This document shows positions 11,661-28,215 of a stretch of DNA of 64,000 nucleotides, in pieces (within the stretch, counting starts at the first letter, position 1; every line of letters begins with the position of its first letter). The notes under the pieces are model-generated. The model was not told where the DNA came from and ran no database searches. It worked only from the letters and a program-made list of their open reading frames with translations. The DNA comes from the human T2T-CHM13v2.0 reference genome, Homo sapiens: the NCBI RefSeq assembly GCF_009914755.1, contig NC_060931.1. One strand, 5' to 3'. Made by a program: the position numbers and the translations under genes.

Positions 11661-14600
11661 AGTATATCCAGAAACATACTGTGCATAATGTGATGTTCCA
11701 CTTAATTAAGTCTTTAAACATTTTTTAATAAAGTTTTGATTTTTTTTCTGATAATTTCTTATGATGTTTATTCCAAGGCTTGGGAAACCCCACTTCTCTC
11801 ATGGATATTTGCACCCCTAGGATCAGGAGAGATCCCCTTGTGAGCCCACATCACCAGGGCCTCAGGTCCGACATACAGAGCTGTGTGGAGTCTTGGCAAG
11901 CAGCTGCTCAGGCATGCACAGAGACCCAGGAGCTTTACATACTCCAGCCCCAGGAGCCCCAACAAATGCGTCTGCAATGAAGTCAAGGTGGGAGGTCCAC
12001 ACATAGCCCCAGGAAGAGGGCGGAATCCAGGGAACTGAGTGGCATCATCCTATAGGCCCCACTTTCACAACACCTCACAAGATAAGACCCACTGGTTTGG
12101 AATTTCAGCCAGCCACCAGCAACAGGATGGAGCCTGCTTGAAAAAGGACAGAGTCCCCAGGCAGAGAGGTGGGCACCATCTCGACTGTTTAGTCAGCTCA
12201 GCCATTCTGGCCTGCTGGCTTTGGAGAGTCCGGATGGTCTGGACAAGGAAGGGTCCCCCAAGCAGTGCAGCACAGCACAGCAGCTTTGTTAGATTGTGGC
12301 CAGACTGCTTCTTTAAGCGGGACCCCTATCCATTCCTCCTCACTGGGCAGGACCTCCCAGCTGGGCCCTCCAGCCACACACACCCACATGTATTATAGAC
12401 AGAGCTCTGATCTCTCCCTGGGATGGAGTGCCTAGGTGAGGGGAGGGCCGCCAACTGGGTTGGTTGTATGATTCAGCCATTCCAGCCTGCGGGCTTTGGA
12501 GAGTCCAAGCCAAGGGGGCAGAAGTGGTACCCCACCATGACACAGTTATTTTGTTGAGGCATGGCCAGACTACGTCTTTTAAGCAGGACGCTGATCCACT
12601 CCTCCTTGCAGGGTAGGTCCTCCCAGCCATGGCCTCTGGCCACCCCCACCTGTGTTCTATGGGACTGACAGAGCTCTAAGTTCTCCCTAGGATGGAGTGC
12701 CTGAGGGATGGGGCAGGCCACCACCTTGGCTTTTTGGGCTTCTCAACTGGTTCAGCCTATGGGCCTCGGAAAGCCCAAACTGATTGGGGGCTGAAGGGAT
12801 CCCCAGCATAGCATAGTTGCTCTAACAAAAATCAGCCAGACTGCTTCTTTAAGCAGGTCCCTGAGCCTGTTCCTCCTCACTGGGTGAAACCTTTCAACTG
12901 CGGTCTCCAGCTGCCTCCTATAGACACGTTTGGGCCAGCAATAGGTCAGAACCACCCGGGACAAAGCTTCTAGAAGAAGGGGCAGGCTGCCATCTTTGCT
13001 GTTTCACTGTCTTCCCTGCTGATACCTCCAGGTATGGGAAAAACCTAGGCAACTAGGGTCTGGAGCGGACCCCAGAAATCCACAGCAGTCCTATGAAAGA
13101 GTGGCCAGACTATTAAAAGAAAAACAAACAAACAGAAAACAGCATCATAAACTATATAAAACCCACAAAAAAACCAATCTGAAGGTCAGCAACATCAAAG
13201 ATCAAAGATAGATAAGCCCACAAAGATGAGAAAGAATCAATACAAAAATGCTGAAAACTCAAAAAGCCAGAGTGCCCTTTTACCTCCAAATGACCACAAC
13301 ACCTCTCCAGCAAGGGCTCAGAACTGTGCCAAGGCTGAGATGGCTGAAATGACAGAAGTAAGCTTCAGAATGTGGATAATAACAAACATCACTGAGTTAA
13401 CGAAGCATGTTGTAACCCAACACAAAGAAGCTAAGAATTGCAATAATACAGGAGCTGACAGGCAAAATAGCCAGCTTAGAAAGGAATGTAACTGACCCAT
13501 TGGAGCTGAGAAACACACAAGAACATCACAGTGCAATCACAAGTATTCACAGCAGAATAGACCAAGCAGAGGAAAACCTCTCAGAGCTTGAAGACTGATT
13601 TTCAGAATTAAGACAGGCAGACAAAAATAGAGAAAAGAGAATGAAAAGGAATGAATAAAACCTCCGAGAAATAGGGGATTATGTAAAGAGACCAAATCTA
13701 AGACTGATTGGGGTACCTGAAAGAGACGGGGAGAATGGAACCAAGTTGGAAAACATACTTTAGGATATCATCCAGCAGAACTTTCCCAACCTAGTAAGAC
13801 AGGCCAACATTCAAATTCAGGAAATGCCTAGAACCCTAGTAAGATACTCCGTGAGAAGATCATCCCCAAGACACATAATCATCACATTCTCCAAAGTCAA
13901 AATAAAAGAAAAAATCTTAAGGGCAGTCAGACAGAAAGGCCAGGTCACTTACAAAGGGAAGCCTATCAGATTAACAGTGTACCTCTCAGTGGAAACCCTA
14001 CAAGCCAGAAGAGATTGGGGACCAATATTCAACATTCTTGAAGAAAGAATTTCTAACCCAGAATTTCATATCCAGCCAAACTAAGCTTCAAAAGTGGAGG
14101 AGAAATAAAATCATTTTCAGACAAGCAAATGCTGAGAGAATTCATCATCTCTAGGCCTACCTTGCAAGAGCTCCTGAAGGAAGCACTAAATATGGAAAGG
14201 AAAAACCTGTACCAGCCACTATAAAAACACACTGAAGTACACAGACCAGTGACACTCTGAAGCAACAACATAAACAAGTCTGCAAAATAACCAGCTAGCA
14301 TTATGATGACAAGATTAAATTCACACAAAACAATATTAACCTTAAATGTAAATGGACTAAATGTCCCAATTGAAAGACACAGAATGCCAAGCTGGATAGA
14401 GCCAAGATCCATAGGTGTGAGGTATTCAAGAGACCCATCTCACGTGCAAAGACACACATTGGCTCAAAATAAAGGGATGGAGGAAAATTTGCCAAGCAAA
14501 TGGAAAACAGAAAAAAGCAGGAGTTACAATCCTAGTTTCTGACAAAACAGACTTGCAACCACAAAAAAGACAAAGAAGGGCATTACATAATGGTAAAGGG

Positions 14601-15023
14601 TTTAATTAAACAGGAATAACTAGGTATCCTAAATATATATGCACCCAATATGGGAGCACCCCGATTCATAAAGCAAGTTCTTAGAGACCTTCAAGAGACA
14701 GACTTCCACACAATAACAGTGGGAGACTTTAACACCCCCCACTGATAATATACAGATCATAGAGACAGAAAATTAACAAAGATATTCAGGACCTGAACTC
14801 AGCTCAGGATCAAGTGGACCTGATAGATATCTACAGAATGCTCCATCCCTAAACAACAGAATATACATTTTTCTCATCACCACATGGCACTTACTCTAAA
14901 GTTGATCACATAATTGGAAGTAAAACACTCCTCAGTAAATGCAAAAGAACTGAAATAATAACAAACAGTCTCTCAGACCACAGTGTAATCAAATTAGAAC
15001 TCAAGATTAAGAAATTGACTCCA

Positions 15024-15640
<617 letters not shown>

Positions 15641-17201
15641 ACTCCAAACCACACAACTACATGGAAATTCAAAAATCTGCTCCTGAATGACTTTTGGGTA
15701 AATAATGAAATTAAGGCAGAAATCAAGTTCTTTGAAACTAATGAGAACAAATATACCATATACCAGAATCTCTGGGAAGCAGCTAAAGCAGAGTTAAGAG
15801 CGAAATTTATAGAACTAAATGCCTACATCAAAAAGCTAGAGAGAGCTCAAGTTAACAACCTAACATCTCAACTAAAAGAACTAGAGAACCAAGAGCAAAC
15901 AAACCTCGAAGCTAGCAGAAGACAAGAAATAACCAATAGCAGAACTGAACTGAAGCAGATAGAGCAACAAAAAACAAACAAACAAACAAAAACTTTCAAA
16001 AAATCAGTGAATCCACAAGCTGGTTTTTTGAAAAAATTAACAAAATGGATAAACTGCTAGACTAATAAAGAAGAAAAGAGAGAAGACTCAAATAAACACA
16101 ATTAGAAATGATAAGAAGGGTATCACCACTGACCCCACAGAAATACAACCACCAGAGAATACTATAAACACCTCCATGCAAATGAAGTAGAAAATCTAGA
16201 AGAAATGGATAAATTCCTGGACACATACACCCTCCCGAGGCTGAACCAGGAAGAAATTGAATCCCTGAATAGACCAATAATGAGTTCTGAAATTGAGGCA
16301 GTAATAAATATCCTACCAACCAAAAAATGCCCAGGTCCAGATGGATGCACAGCTGAATTCTGCCAGAGGTTCAAAGAAGAGCTGGTACCATTCCTACTGA
16401 AACTATTCCAAACAATTGACGAGGGACTCCTCTCTAACTCATTCTAAGGGACCAGCATCATCCTGATACCAAAACCTGGCAGAGATACAATAAAAAAGAA
16501 AACTTCAGGCCAATATCCTTGATGAATATCAATGCAAAAACCCTCAACAAAATACTGGCAAGCTGAATCCAGCAGCATATCAAAACCCTATCCACCACAA
16601 TCAAGTAGGCTTCATCCCAGGATGTAAGGTTGGTTCAACATGTGCAAATCAATAAATATGACTTATCACATAAACAGAACTAAAGACAAAAACCACATGA
16701 TTATCTCAATAGAGGCAAAAAAGGCCTTTGATAAAATTCAACATCCCTTCATGTTAAAATCTCTCAATAAACTAGGTATTGAAAGAACATACCTCAAAAT
16801 AATAAGAACCATATATGACAAACTACAGCCAATATCACCATACTGAATGGGCAAAAGCTAGAAGCATTTCCCTTCTAGAAGCACAAGACAAGGATTCCCT
16901 TTCTCACCACTCTTATTCAACATAGTGTTGAAAGTTCTGGCCAGGGCAATCGGCAAGAAAAAGAAATAAAGTGTATTCAAATAGGAAAAGAGGAAGTCAA
17001 ACTATCTTTGTTTGCAGATGACAGGATTCTATATCTAGAAAATCCCGTTATCTCAATGGTTGAGCTTCTTAAACTCAGCCTAAAAGCTTCTTAAGCTGAT
17101 AAGTGACTTCAGCAAAATCACAGGATACAAAATCAATGTGCAAAAATTCTCATGCTATTTTCATTCTATTCCTATTCTCATGCTATTCCTAGATTATTGA
17201 G

Positions 17202-17752
17202 TGTGGTGGTTAATATTTAGGGTCAACTTGTTTAGATTGAAGGATGCAAAGTATTGTTTCTGGGTGTGTCTGTGAGGGTGTTGCCAAAGGAGATTAACAT
17301 TTGAGTCAGTGGACTGGGAGAGGCAGAGTCACCCTCAATCTGGGTGGGTACCATCTAATCAGCTGCCAGTGCGGCTAGGATAAAAGCAGACAGAGGATTG
17401 TGGAAGGACTAGACTGGGTGAGTCTTCTGGCATTCATCTTTCTCCTGTGCTGGATGCTTCCTGCCCTCAGACATCAGACTCCAAGTTCTTCAGCTTTTGG
17501 ACTCTTGGACTTACACCAGTGGTTTGTCAGGGGCTCTCGGGCCTCCAGCCACAGATTGAAGACTGCACTGTTGGCTTCTCAACTTTTGAGGTTTTGGGGA
17601 CTTGGCATGGCTTCCTGGCTCCTCACCTTGCAGACAGCCTATTGTGAGACTTCACTTTGTGATCGTGTAAGTCAATACCCCCTAATAAGCTCCCTTTCCT
17701 ATATACATCTATCCTATTAGTCCTGTCCCTCCAGAGAACCTGGACTAATATA
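17202..17752 (+). mobile_element. MLT2A (ERVL) solo LTR
   Basis: tgtggtggttaat...gtcaactt...gaaggatgcaaagtattg...ccagagaacctggactaatata; near-TSD ttgag/ctgag. Confidence 0.92.
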
Positions 17753-18830
17753 CTGAGTTTATTTCAGGAGTAGTTTTGGAATTTTATCAACTCCCTTTTC
17801 AGCACCTATTATTGCATGAATCAAATAGATTTTCTGGTTTTGTTTATTTATATAAGAAATTAAATGAATACATTTCTTATTATTTAATCATTTAACCACC
17901 CTTTCATTCTTGTAAAAAGTTCTACTTGGTTATGATATATTATTGTAATATGTTGCTACTTTTGATTTGTAATCTTTTAAGAAGACTTTTCCTTTTATAA
18001 TCTTATGTGAGATTTAGAAAAAGGTTATTTTGGATAGTCTTTGTTCAATTTGGTGTTGTGCTAGCTTTATAGAAAAAATAAGGAAATTTTATATCAATTC
18101 AATACCCTGAAACGAATTAGGTCAAACTTGAAAAAATATCTTTCCTTTAAAGGTTGTAGAACTCACTCACACAATGGTCTGGGACTGATGCCCTTTTTTG
18201 TACAGTAGGTTTTTAAAAACCATGTTTTCAAGTCTTTTCTGTGGCTATTTGGCTATTCAGTTGTACATTTTCTCTGATATTCCTTTAATAATCTATGCAT
18301 CCCTAACAATTATTTCCTCTAAAATTTTAGATTTATTGATATAAGTATTAGATAGATTCTTTTGTGGTTTCATAAGTATTATTTGCATCCTTGGCTATGT
18401 TTGCATTCTTATTTCTGTTCTCTCTCTCTCTGTTTCTTTCTCTGTCTGGAGAGAATTGCCAGAGGCTTCTGAGTTTTATTGGGCTTTTTAAAGAACTAAC
18501 TTTATCTTAATTAATCCAGTCTGCCTTTGAGGGGTTATTTTGTATTTAATCTATTTCTGTTTTTATCTTTTAAAATTCATTTATAATTTTTTGTTTTGTT
18601 CTTTTTATTATCATCATGAGTTGAAAGCTTAACGCATTCATTTTCTGTCTGTCTTGTTTTCTAAAAAATGCACTTAAGGCTGTGCGTTTCTACTGAGTAT
18701 TGCTTTGGTCCCATGCCATAGACAGGAAATGCAGTCTTCTCATTGATGCTCATTTTTATTAGTAATTTTAGATGTAACTTCTCCTTTAATGCAAGGATTA
18801 CTTAGAAAAATGATTTTAAATGTCTCAAAT
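17753..18830 (-). mobile_element. Old L1M ORF2 remnant
   Basis: Degenerate antisense L1 phrases (ggaattttatcaa, tttttaaagaactaacttt, actgagtattgctttgg). Confidence 0.6.
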
Positions 18831-19160
18831 GCCTTTACTGTCTCTTCACATCTGTTTTTCATTAGACGAATTCGACTGTGTTCTTTAAATACCACAATAG
18901 GTCCTAAGTACCATTCAGCATCTCATTGTTCCCTTAGCTGAGCAGCTCCCAGATGGTATTCATCTGCCTGCTGAACCATTCCTTTATTATAGACAGACAC
19001 TATTAGAAACCTCTCTGATATCCTTGGTCTCAACTATCAGGGCTTGTTGAATTGAAGCAGCTGAATTCAATACAGTTTAAAGTTGTTTCTTTCAAGAGTT
19101 AACTCATTTTTCTGGGCTTCAGACATTGAACAAGTAATGGCCTGGCCTTATCCAAAACTT

Positions 19161-19165
19161 GTGTG

Positions 19166-19216
<51 letters not shown>

Positions 19217-19253
19217 GTGTATGTGTATGTGTGTGTGTGTGTGTGTGTATATG
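19161..19253. repeat. Compound (TA)n(CA)n(TG)n microsatellite
   Basis: Directly visible alternating purine-pyrimidine tract. Confidence 0.95.
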
Positions 19254-19373
19254 ACCGATTTTGGATTTCAAGATACCTACTCTCCTGAATAATAACATAG
19301 TTGGGGAAGTGAGGATACACGGACTTCATCTTGTAATGGAAGATGTCTCCCAGTTTTGATGATGTTTTGTATA

Positions 19374-19673
19374 TGACTACAGATAGTATGAACCATGTGT
19401 AGTGAGCTCCTGTCTACTTTCCCATTATTTGTCAACCCAGGTCTTATCATTCTTCTTTCCAAATGGATTGGGCTCTATGGTGATGTGACTGATGTCCCCC
19501 TGTGATATTCCTCTGTGGCCCTTTGTAATAAATGTGCATTCCTTCAGATCAGCTAAACACTATGCTCTTAGAGTTAAACAATAAAATTAAAATTAATACA
19601 AGCCATAAACAAAATAAAACCAAAAATGCCAGCTAAGGGTGTTATTCTTCCATCTTTTAGGAAAGGAAGATTT
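19374..19673 (+). repeat. Source copy of a local ~300-bp inverted duplication (partner 24059-24370)
   Basis: Manual reverse-complement alignment: about 15 substitutions plus A-tract indels. Confidence 0.95.
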
Positions 19674-19999
19674 GGGTACCTGAATGACTCCTCTGAAGTT
19701 CCTCAGGGGACAGAAAGAATAGCAGTCCTTAGCCAGGGAACACAGATCTCTACAGGCCAATTTTTCCCTAGAAGCCTCAGCTACTGGTCTGCTCTTCCTC
19801 CTAGGACTTTCTCCTTGGGTCCCTGGGTGCTCCTTGGGCTCACCTCTTTCCTTCAGGACTGGCCAGAGCTCACACCTTCCAAGCCCAGGAGCCATTTGCC
19901 TGGACGGTGTTGTGGCTGTTGGACTGGAAGTGAGGGCCCAGCAAATATTGAGCACACAAAACTAATTCACAGCACTATCCTCCTCCCTTAGACATTTAC

Positions 20000-20320
20000 A
20001 TCTTTGCCAGTCTTATGAGCATAAAATGGCATTTCATTGTGTTAATCTGATTTTTTCTAATTACTGGAAAGATTGAGCATCTTTTAATATGCCATTCAAA
20101 CTCTCTCTTTTGCAAGTTGCTAGTTCATATTGCTTCCCATTTTCATACTGGCAGTTTACCTTTTCCTTAATAATTTGTAGTTGTATATATTAACATACCT
20201 ATACTCTGGACACTAGCCCTTTGTTAAATGTATTACAACTCCCAGTTGGTGGCTTGTCTTCATTTTGCATTGTCTTTTTTTTTTTTTGTACAAAAGATTT
20301 TAATGTTAATCTAAGTAGTT
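20000..20320 (-). mobile_element. L1ME remnant
   Basis: tttgccagtcttatgagcataaaatggcatttcattgtg...gattgagcatctttt. Confidence 0.55.
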
Positions 20321-21683
20321 TATTTTTTTCTTTTTAAAGAAGGGAATAAATTTGAGGATGTCCTGTCTTCTCCACTGCCTCCAATTCCCAAGAAAATGTT
20401 GAAAAGGGGAAAATTAATGATTCACTTCTCTAACTATGATAATAAATAATAAGTGATGTTAATAGGAAAAAACCCAGACGGTGTTAACATTTTTATACTA
20501 GAGCTTTAAAAAGCTGCTTAAATGTCAATTTGTGCTAAAATACAGGCTTTAAAAGAGGCCTGCAAAATTAACTGTCGAGGTTATAAATCCTAAGAAAAAA
20601 ACCAAATCTTAGGTCACATGAATGTCTGCCAGGACTGGGTAATTTTCACTTTAACCACTTTTTAGTTGACAGGAGTAATCTGTAAATGTTGCAACCTTAT
20701 TATGTACAGGACAGGGTGGCTGAGTCATCTTGATATTAAAAGGAAAGAGTTTAAGTGCATTGTGGATCATCTTTATGCTGTAATATTAGAGGGAAGACAC
20801 ATTTAAAAGGAACATAGTTGAAAACAATGGGTCTAAAACGTTGCTACTCACATTTCATCTACGTAGAAAGGGAGGTCTCTGGCCACCATGGTAACTGTTT
20901 TTACACATAAACTCACTGGTCACATAAGGACATCAAGTAGACTAAAAATAAAAATGCCAAATTTTACATTTCAAGACCAAAAGTGAATCCTCTCACACAA
21001 AAAATATTTTTGTAATTAAACATCTCATAGCTGTTCATTTTCACTCCAAACTATGTATTTAACTCTTGATGGAAACATGCATACATTTCTGACTTATTAA
21101 TTCTGAAAACTTGCTTATGACATTTAAAATAATTTAAAGTAGTGGCTTTGAGTTATTATTAGCATTCATCATTTTTTATATCCCATTTTTTCCCCCAATG
21201 CGTGACGTTGGGAAAAAACGCAAAATAATAAACTTATAGATTAATAATTTAAGCAATTTATAACTCTGGTCTTTTAAAAGTGATCTTCTGCAGACTCCTT
21301 CCTTCTTTCCAATCCTTCAGGGCAAGCTAAGCCCTATATTGTGAGAGTGGTCCATCTCAGAGGGTGAGATGTTTATTGGCCCCATTGTTGAGGAAGCCAG
21401 CAAACTGCGTACATCTAGGGTTGGCCAGCCAACTCCTGTGTTGTTTCTGGATGCTGATCAAACAGAATTCAATTCTGTTTGACTTTGATCCCAGTTCCAT
21501 CTTCTAACTTCTAGAAGAAACCCATACTTTCTTGGGTTCTGTGACATCCTTGACTTGTGACTCAGATCCTTGGCAGTGCTATGGGGCCTCAGTTGTTCTC
21601 TAGGTCGCTCTTGTTTCCTCAACCCTGTGATAACTCCCAAGTTGGTCCTTAAAACCTGTATTTAAAAAATTTTTTTTTGAGTA

Positions 21684-22010
21684 TACCATTCGCCCTTTGT
21701 ATTCTCGAGTTTCATATCTGCAGATTCAACCAACCACAGATAAAAAATATTGAAAAATAATAATAATAAATAGCAATACAACAATAAAAATAATTTAAAA
21801 CCAACACAGCATAGCAACTATTTACATAGTATTTACGTGGTGTTATGTATTATAAGTAATCTAGGGATGATTTAAAGTATACAGGAGGATGCGCTTAGGT
21901 TATATTCAGATAATACACCATTTATATCAGGGACTTGAGCATCTGCAGATTTTGGTGTCCATGGAGGTCCTGGAACTAATCCCCCTTGGAAACCTATCCA
22001 AGAGACAATC
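21684..22010. mobile_element. MER2 (TcMar-Tigger)
   Basis: gattcaaccaacc, tattataagtaatctagggatgatttaaagtatac, gggacttgagcatc, gtcctggaactaatccccc. Confidence 0.85.
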
Positions 22011-23396
22011 TGGGGATACATGTAGATAGTATAATGGTTACTATAGTGAGGCAGATTAGCATATCTGTCATCTTACATAGTTGCTTTTTTGTGACAAGAA
22101 CAGCTAAAATCTACTTATTTAACAAAAATCCCTAATGCAATACAATTTTATTAACTTTAGTCTTCATGTTGTATATTAGCTCTTTAGGCTTTTTCATTCT
22201 ACATACCTGCTACTTTGTATCCTTTGTCCTGCATCTCCCTATTTCCTGCCACTCCCCCGACTCTTGGTAACCACTGTTTCACTGTCTGGCTCTATGTATT
22301 TGAACCTCTTTTTACAAATATATTCCACAGGCAGGTGAGATCATACCATACTTTTCTTTCTGTATCTGGCTTATTTCACTCAGCATTTTGTCCTTTAGGT
22401 CCATGCATGTTGTGGCAAATGGCAGAATCTCCTTCTTTTTAAGGTTGAATAATATTCCACTGTGTGTGTGTGTACACATGCCACATTTTCTTTATCTATT
22501 TGTTCATCAGTGGACATTTAGATTGTTTCTATATCTTGGCTATTGTGAATGATACTGGAATGAACATGGGAGTGCAGATATCTTTACAAGGTGGTGATGT
22601 CACCTCCTTTGGGTATATATCCAGATGAGGGGTTGCTGGGCCATATGATAGTTCTATTTTTAATTTCTTTAGGAACCTCCATATTGTTTTCCATAATGGC
22701 TGTACCTATCTATATTCCCACCAACAATGTATTAAGTGTCCCTTTTCTTGAGGCCCTTGCCAACATTTGTTATTTCTTGTGTTTTAGATAATAGTCATCC
22801 TTACGAGTGTGAGGTAATATTTCATAGTGGTTTTAATGTGCATTTTCTGTATAATTAGTGATTATAATTATTTTCATAAACCTGTTGGCCATTTTTATGT
22901 CATCTTTGGAGAATTGTCTGTTAAGATCTTTTACCCATATTTTCATTGGGTTATTTGTTTTTCTGCTATTGAGTTATAAGCGTTCTTTATAAATTTTAGA
23001 TATTAAACCATTATCAAATATGTGGTTTACAATTATTTTTTCCCAGTTCGTAGGTTGCCTTTTCATTTTGTTGATTGTTTCCTTTACTGTGCAGAAGTTT
23101 TTTAGCTTGATGTCGTCCCATTTACTTATTTTTGATTTTGTAGCTTAAGCTTTTGTGTGATAACCAAAAAATTACTGCCAAGGTCAATGTCAAGGAGTTT
23201 TCCCCTATGTTTTCTTCTAGGAGTTTTATGGTTTCAGTCTTACATTTAGGTCTTTTATCCATTTCAAGTTGATTTTTAAGTATGGTATAAGATAAGAGTC
23301 CAGTTTAATTCAGTTTTCCCACCACAATTTATTGAAGAGAGCACCCTTTCCCCATTGTGTCTTCTTGGTACCCTTGTCAAAAATTAGTTGTCCACA

Positions 23397-23986
23397 TATC
23401 TTAGTCCATTTAGTTTTGCTATAACAGAATACCTGAGACTTGTTAATTTACAAAGAAAAGAGGTTTATTTGGCTCACAATTCTGGTGACTAGAAAGAAAG
23501 TCCAAGAATATGGTGCCAGCATCTCCTTGACTTCTGTTGAGGGCCTTGTGCCACCTCATAACATGGCAGAGAAGTAGAAGGGGAAGCAGGCATGCCAAAA
23601 GAGGCCAAACACTAGAGACAACCTTGCTTTATAACAACCTACTCTCCGGGAGGCTGAGGCAGGAGAATCGCTTGAACCAGGGAGGTGGAGGTTTCAGTGA
23701 GCTGAGATCACGCCATTGCACTCCAGCCCTGGGTGACAGAGTGAGACTCCATCTCAAACAAACAAACAAACAAACAAACAAAAAACCTACTCTTGCAGGT
23801 ACAAATCCATTTCTACAAGAACGAGAAATCACTCACTCCTGAAATATGGCATTAGTCTATTCATGAGGGATCTGCTCCCATTATCCAAATAAATACCTCC
23901 CAGTAGGCCTCACATCACAATTCTGCTACATTGAAGATGAGGCTTCTTACATAGAAACTTTTGGGGAACACACTCAAACCATAGCA
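23397..23986 (-). mobile_element. MaLR solo LTR, MSTB-like
   Basis: tatcttagtccattt...gctataacagaatacctgagact...ctcaaaccatagca. Confidence 0.85.
23646..23783 (+). mobile_element. 5'-truncated Alu (right arm only) inside the MST LTR
   Basis: gggaggctgaggcaggagaatcgcttgaacc...(aaac)n tail; TSD aacctactct. Confidence 0.92.
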
Positions 23987-24058
23987 CCCTACATGTTTAA
24001 ATTTATTTCTGTACTCTATATTATGTTCCATTGGTTTATGTTTTTGTTTTATAATTTA

Positions 24059-24370
24059 AAATCTTCCCTGTCCTAAAAGATGGAAGAATAACACCCTTAG
24101 CTGGCATTTTTTGTTTTGTTTTGTTTTGTTTTGTTTTGTTTATGGCTTGTATTAATTTTATTTTTTTAAACTCTAAGACAATAGCGTTTAGCTGATCTGA
24201 AGGAATGCACATTTATTACAAGGGGCCACAGAGGAATATCGCAGGGGGACACCAGTCACATCACCACAGAACCCAGTGCATTTGGAAAGAAAAATGATAA
24301 GACCTGGGTTGACAAACAGTGGGAAAGTAGACAGGAGCTCACTACACATGGTTCATACTATCTGTAGTCA
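24059..24370 (-). repeat. Inverted copy of 19374-19673 fused to an L1 5' junction
   Basis: Same peptide appears in the ORF track on opposite strands ([24 protein letters not shown]); confirmed by manual alignment. Confidence 0.95.
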
Positions 24371-26920
<2,550 letters not shown>

Positions 26921-27884
26921 AAAAAGAATCATCAAGAAAGGATGCTAAAATTTGTCAAATGCTTTTTCTGCATCAATTGTGATGAACATGCGGTTTTAAT
27001 CTTTTGTTCTGTTTATGTGATATATCACATTGATTGACTTGCATGTATTAAACCAGCCTTGCATACTGGAGATAAATTCCACTTGGTCATGATGAATAAT
27101 CTTTCCAATATGTTGCTTAATTCAGTTTGCTAATGTTTTATTGAGGACTTTTGCATTGATGTTCATCAGAAATATTGGCCTGTAGTTTTCTTTTCTGGCA
27201 GTGTTTTTGTCTGGCTTAAGTATCAAGGTGATGCTGACCTTATAAAATGTGTTTGGAAGTGTTTAGCTCTGTTTTTGGAAAATTTTAAGAAGTGTTCATA
27301 ATAATTCTTCTTTAAATGTTTGGTAGAATTCAGCTGTGAAGCTATCTGGTCATGGCCTTTTCTTTGTTGGAACATTTTTAAATCTGTTTTAGAGTGACAT
27401 GGAGCAACTTTAAACTGTTATAAAGAAGTTCTTCCCTGATAATAGTGTATTCTTTTAAATTAAAAACATTGATGTGTGGGATTTGGGGAATCGGTGTATT
27501 CCAATGTTCTTTGTTTCCCTCAGATAGGTTGTTCTCCTCTTTTTTAATGCCAGGAGTTCTTTTCCCCAAGACAGTCCAGCTCTGGGATCCTCTGCTTTCA
27601 AATGAAAGGCTTCACATTCTCCCCCAGAGTGAGGGAAGCCCAGAATTCCCTAAAACTAAGCCCAAATTACTCTCTTAGGAGGGAAACAAAAATACAGGCC
27701 TGGGTAGATTGGGGATGGGGCACCCTTAGCCGTATCCCTAAATGATACATCATATAGTGAGGCTGTTGTTATTATTATTGCTATTATTATTATTTTTATC
27801 GTTGTTAGATTTTTTTTTAGTTCACCAGTAAACAACTCACCTTTTCTTTTCAGAGGGCACCTCAGCTTCCAGGTAACAACAGTT

Positions 27885-28085
27885 AGTATGTGTTAAGTTC
27901 TGTAATGGCTTTATATGCAATTCCCACATGCGTTGTCACAACCACCCCATGATACAAGGACTGTTAACATTACCATCCCCATTTTACAGATAAAGACACT
28001 GAAACCTAGAAAGTTTAAATAATTGCCAAGTCCCACAGGAGGTAATGCTGGATGCAGCTCAGAAGCCCCTCTCTGAAGAGTCCAG
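27885..28085 (-). mobile_element. MIR
   Basis: ccccattttacagataaagacactgaaacctagaaagtttaaataattgcc. Confidence 0.75.
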
Positions 28086-28215
28086 AGGCTACTTTTTTTT
28101 TTTCCTCCCGGGACTCTGCCTGACAGTTGCATGGTGCTGCAGGGTACATCCAAAACTGCTTTTCCCTTCCAGATAATTATGGCCCAATGCCAGACTCTTC
28201 CTTCTCCAAGAGGGA

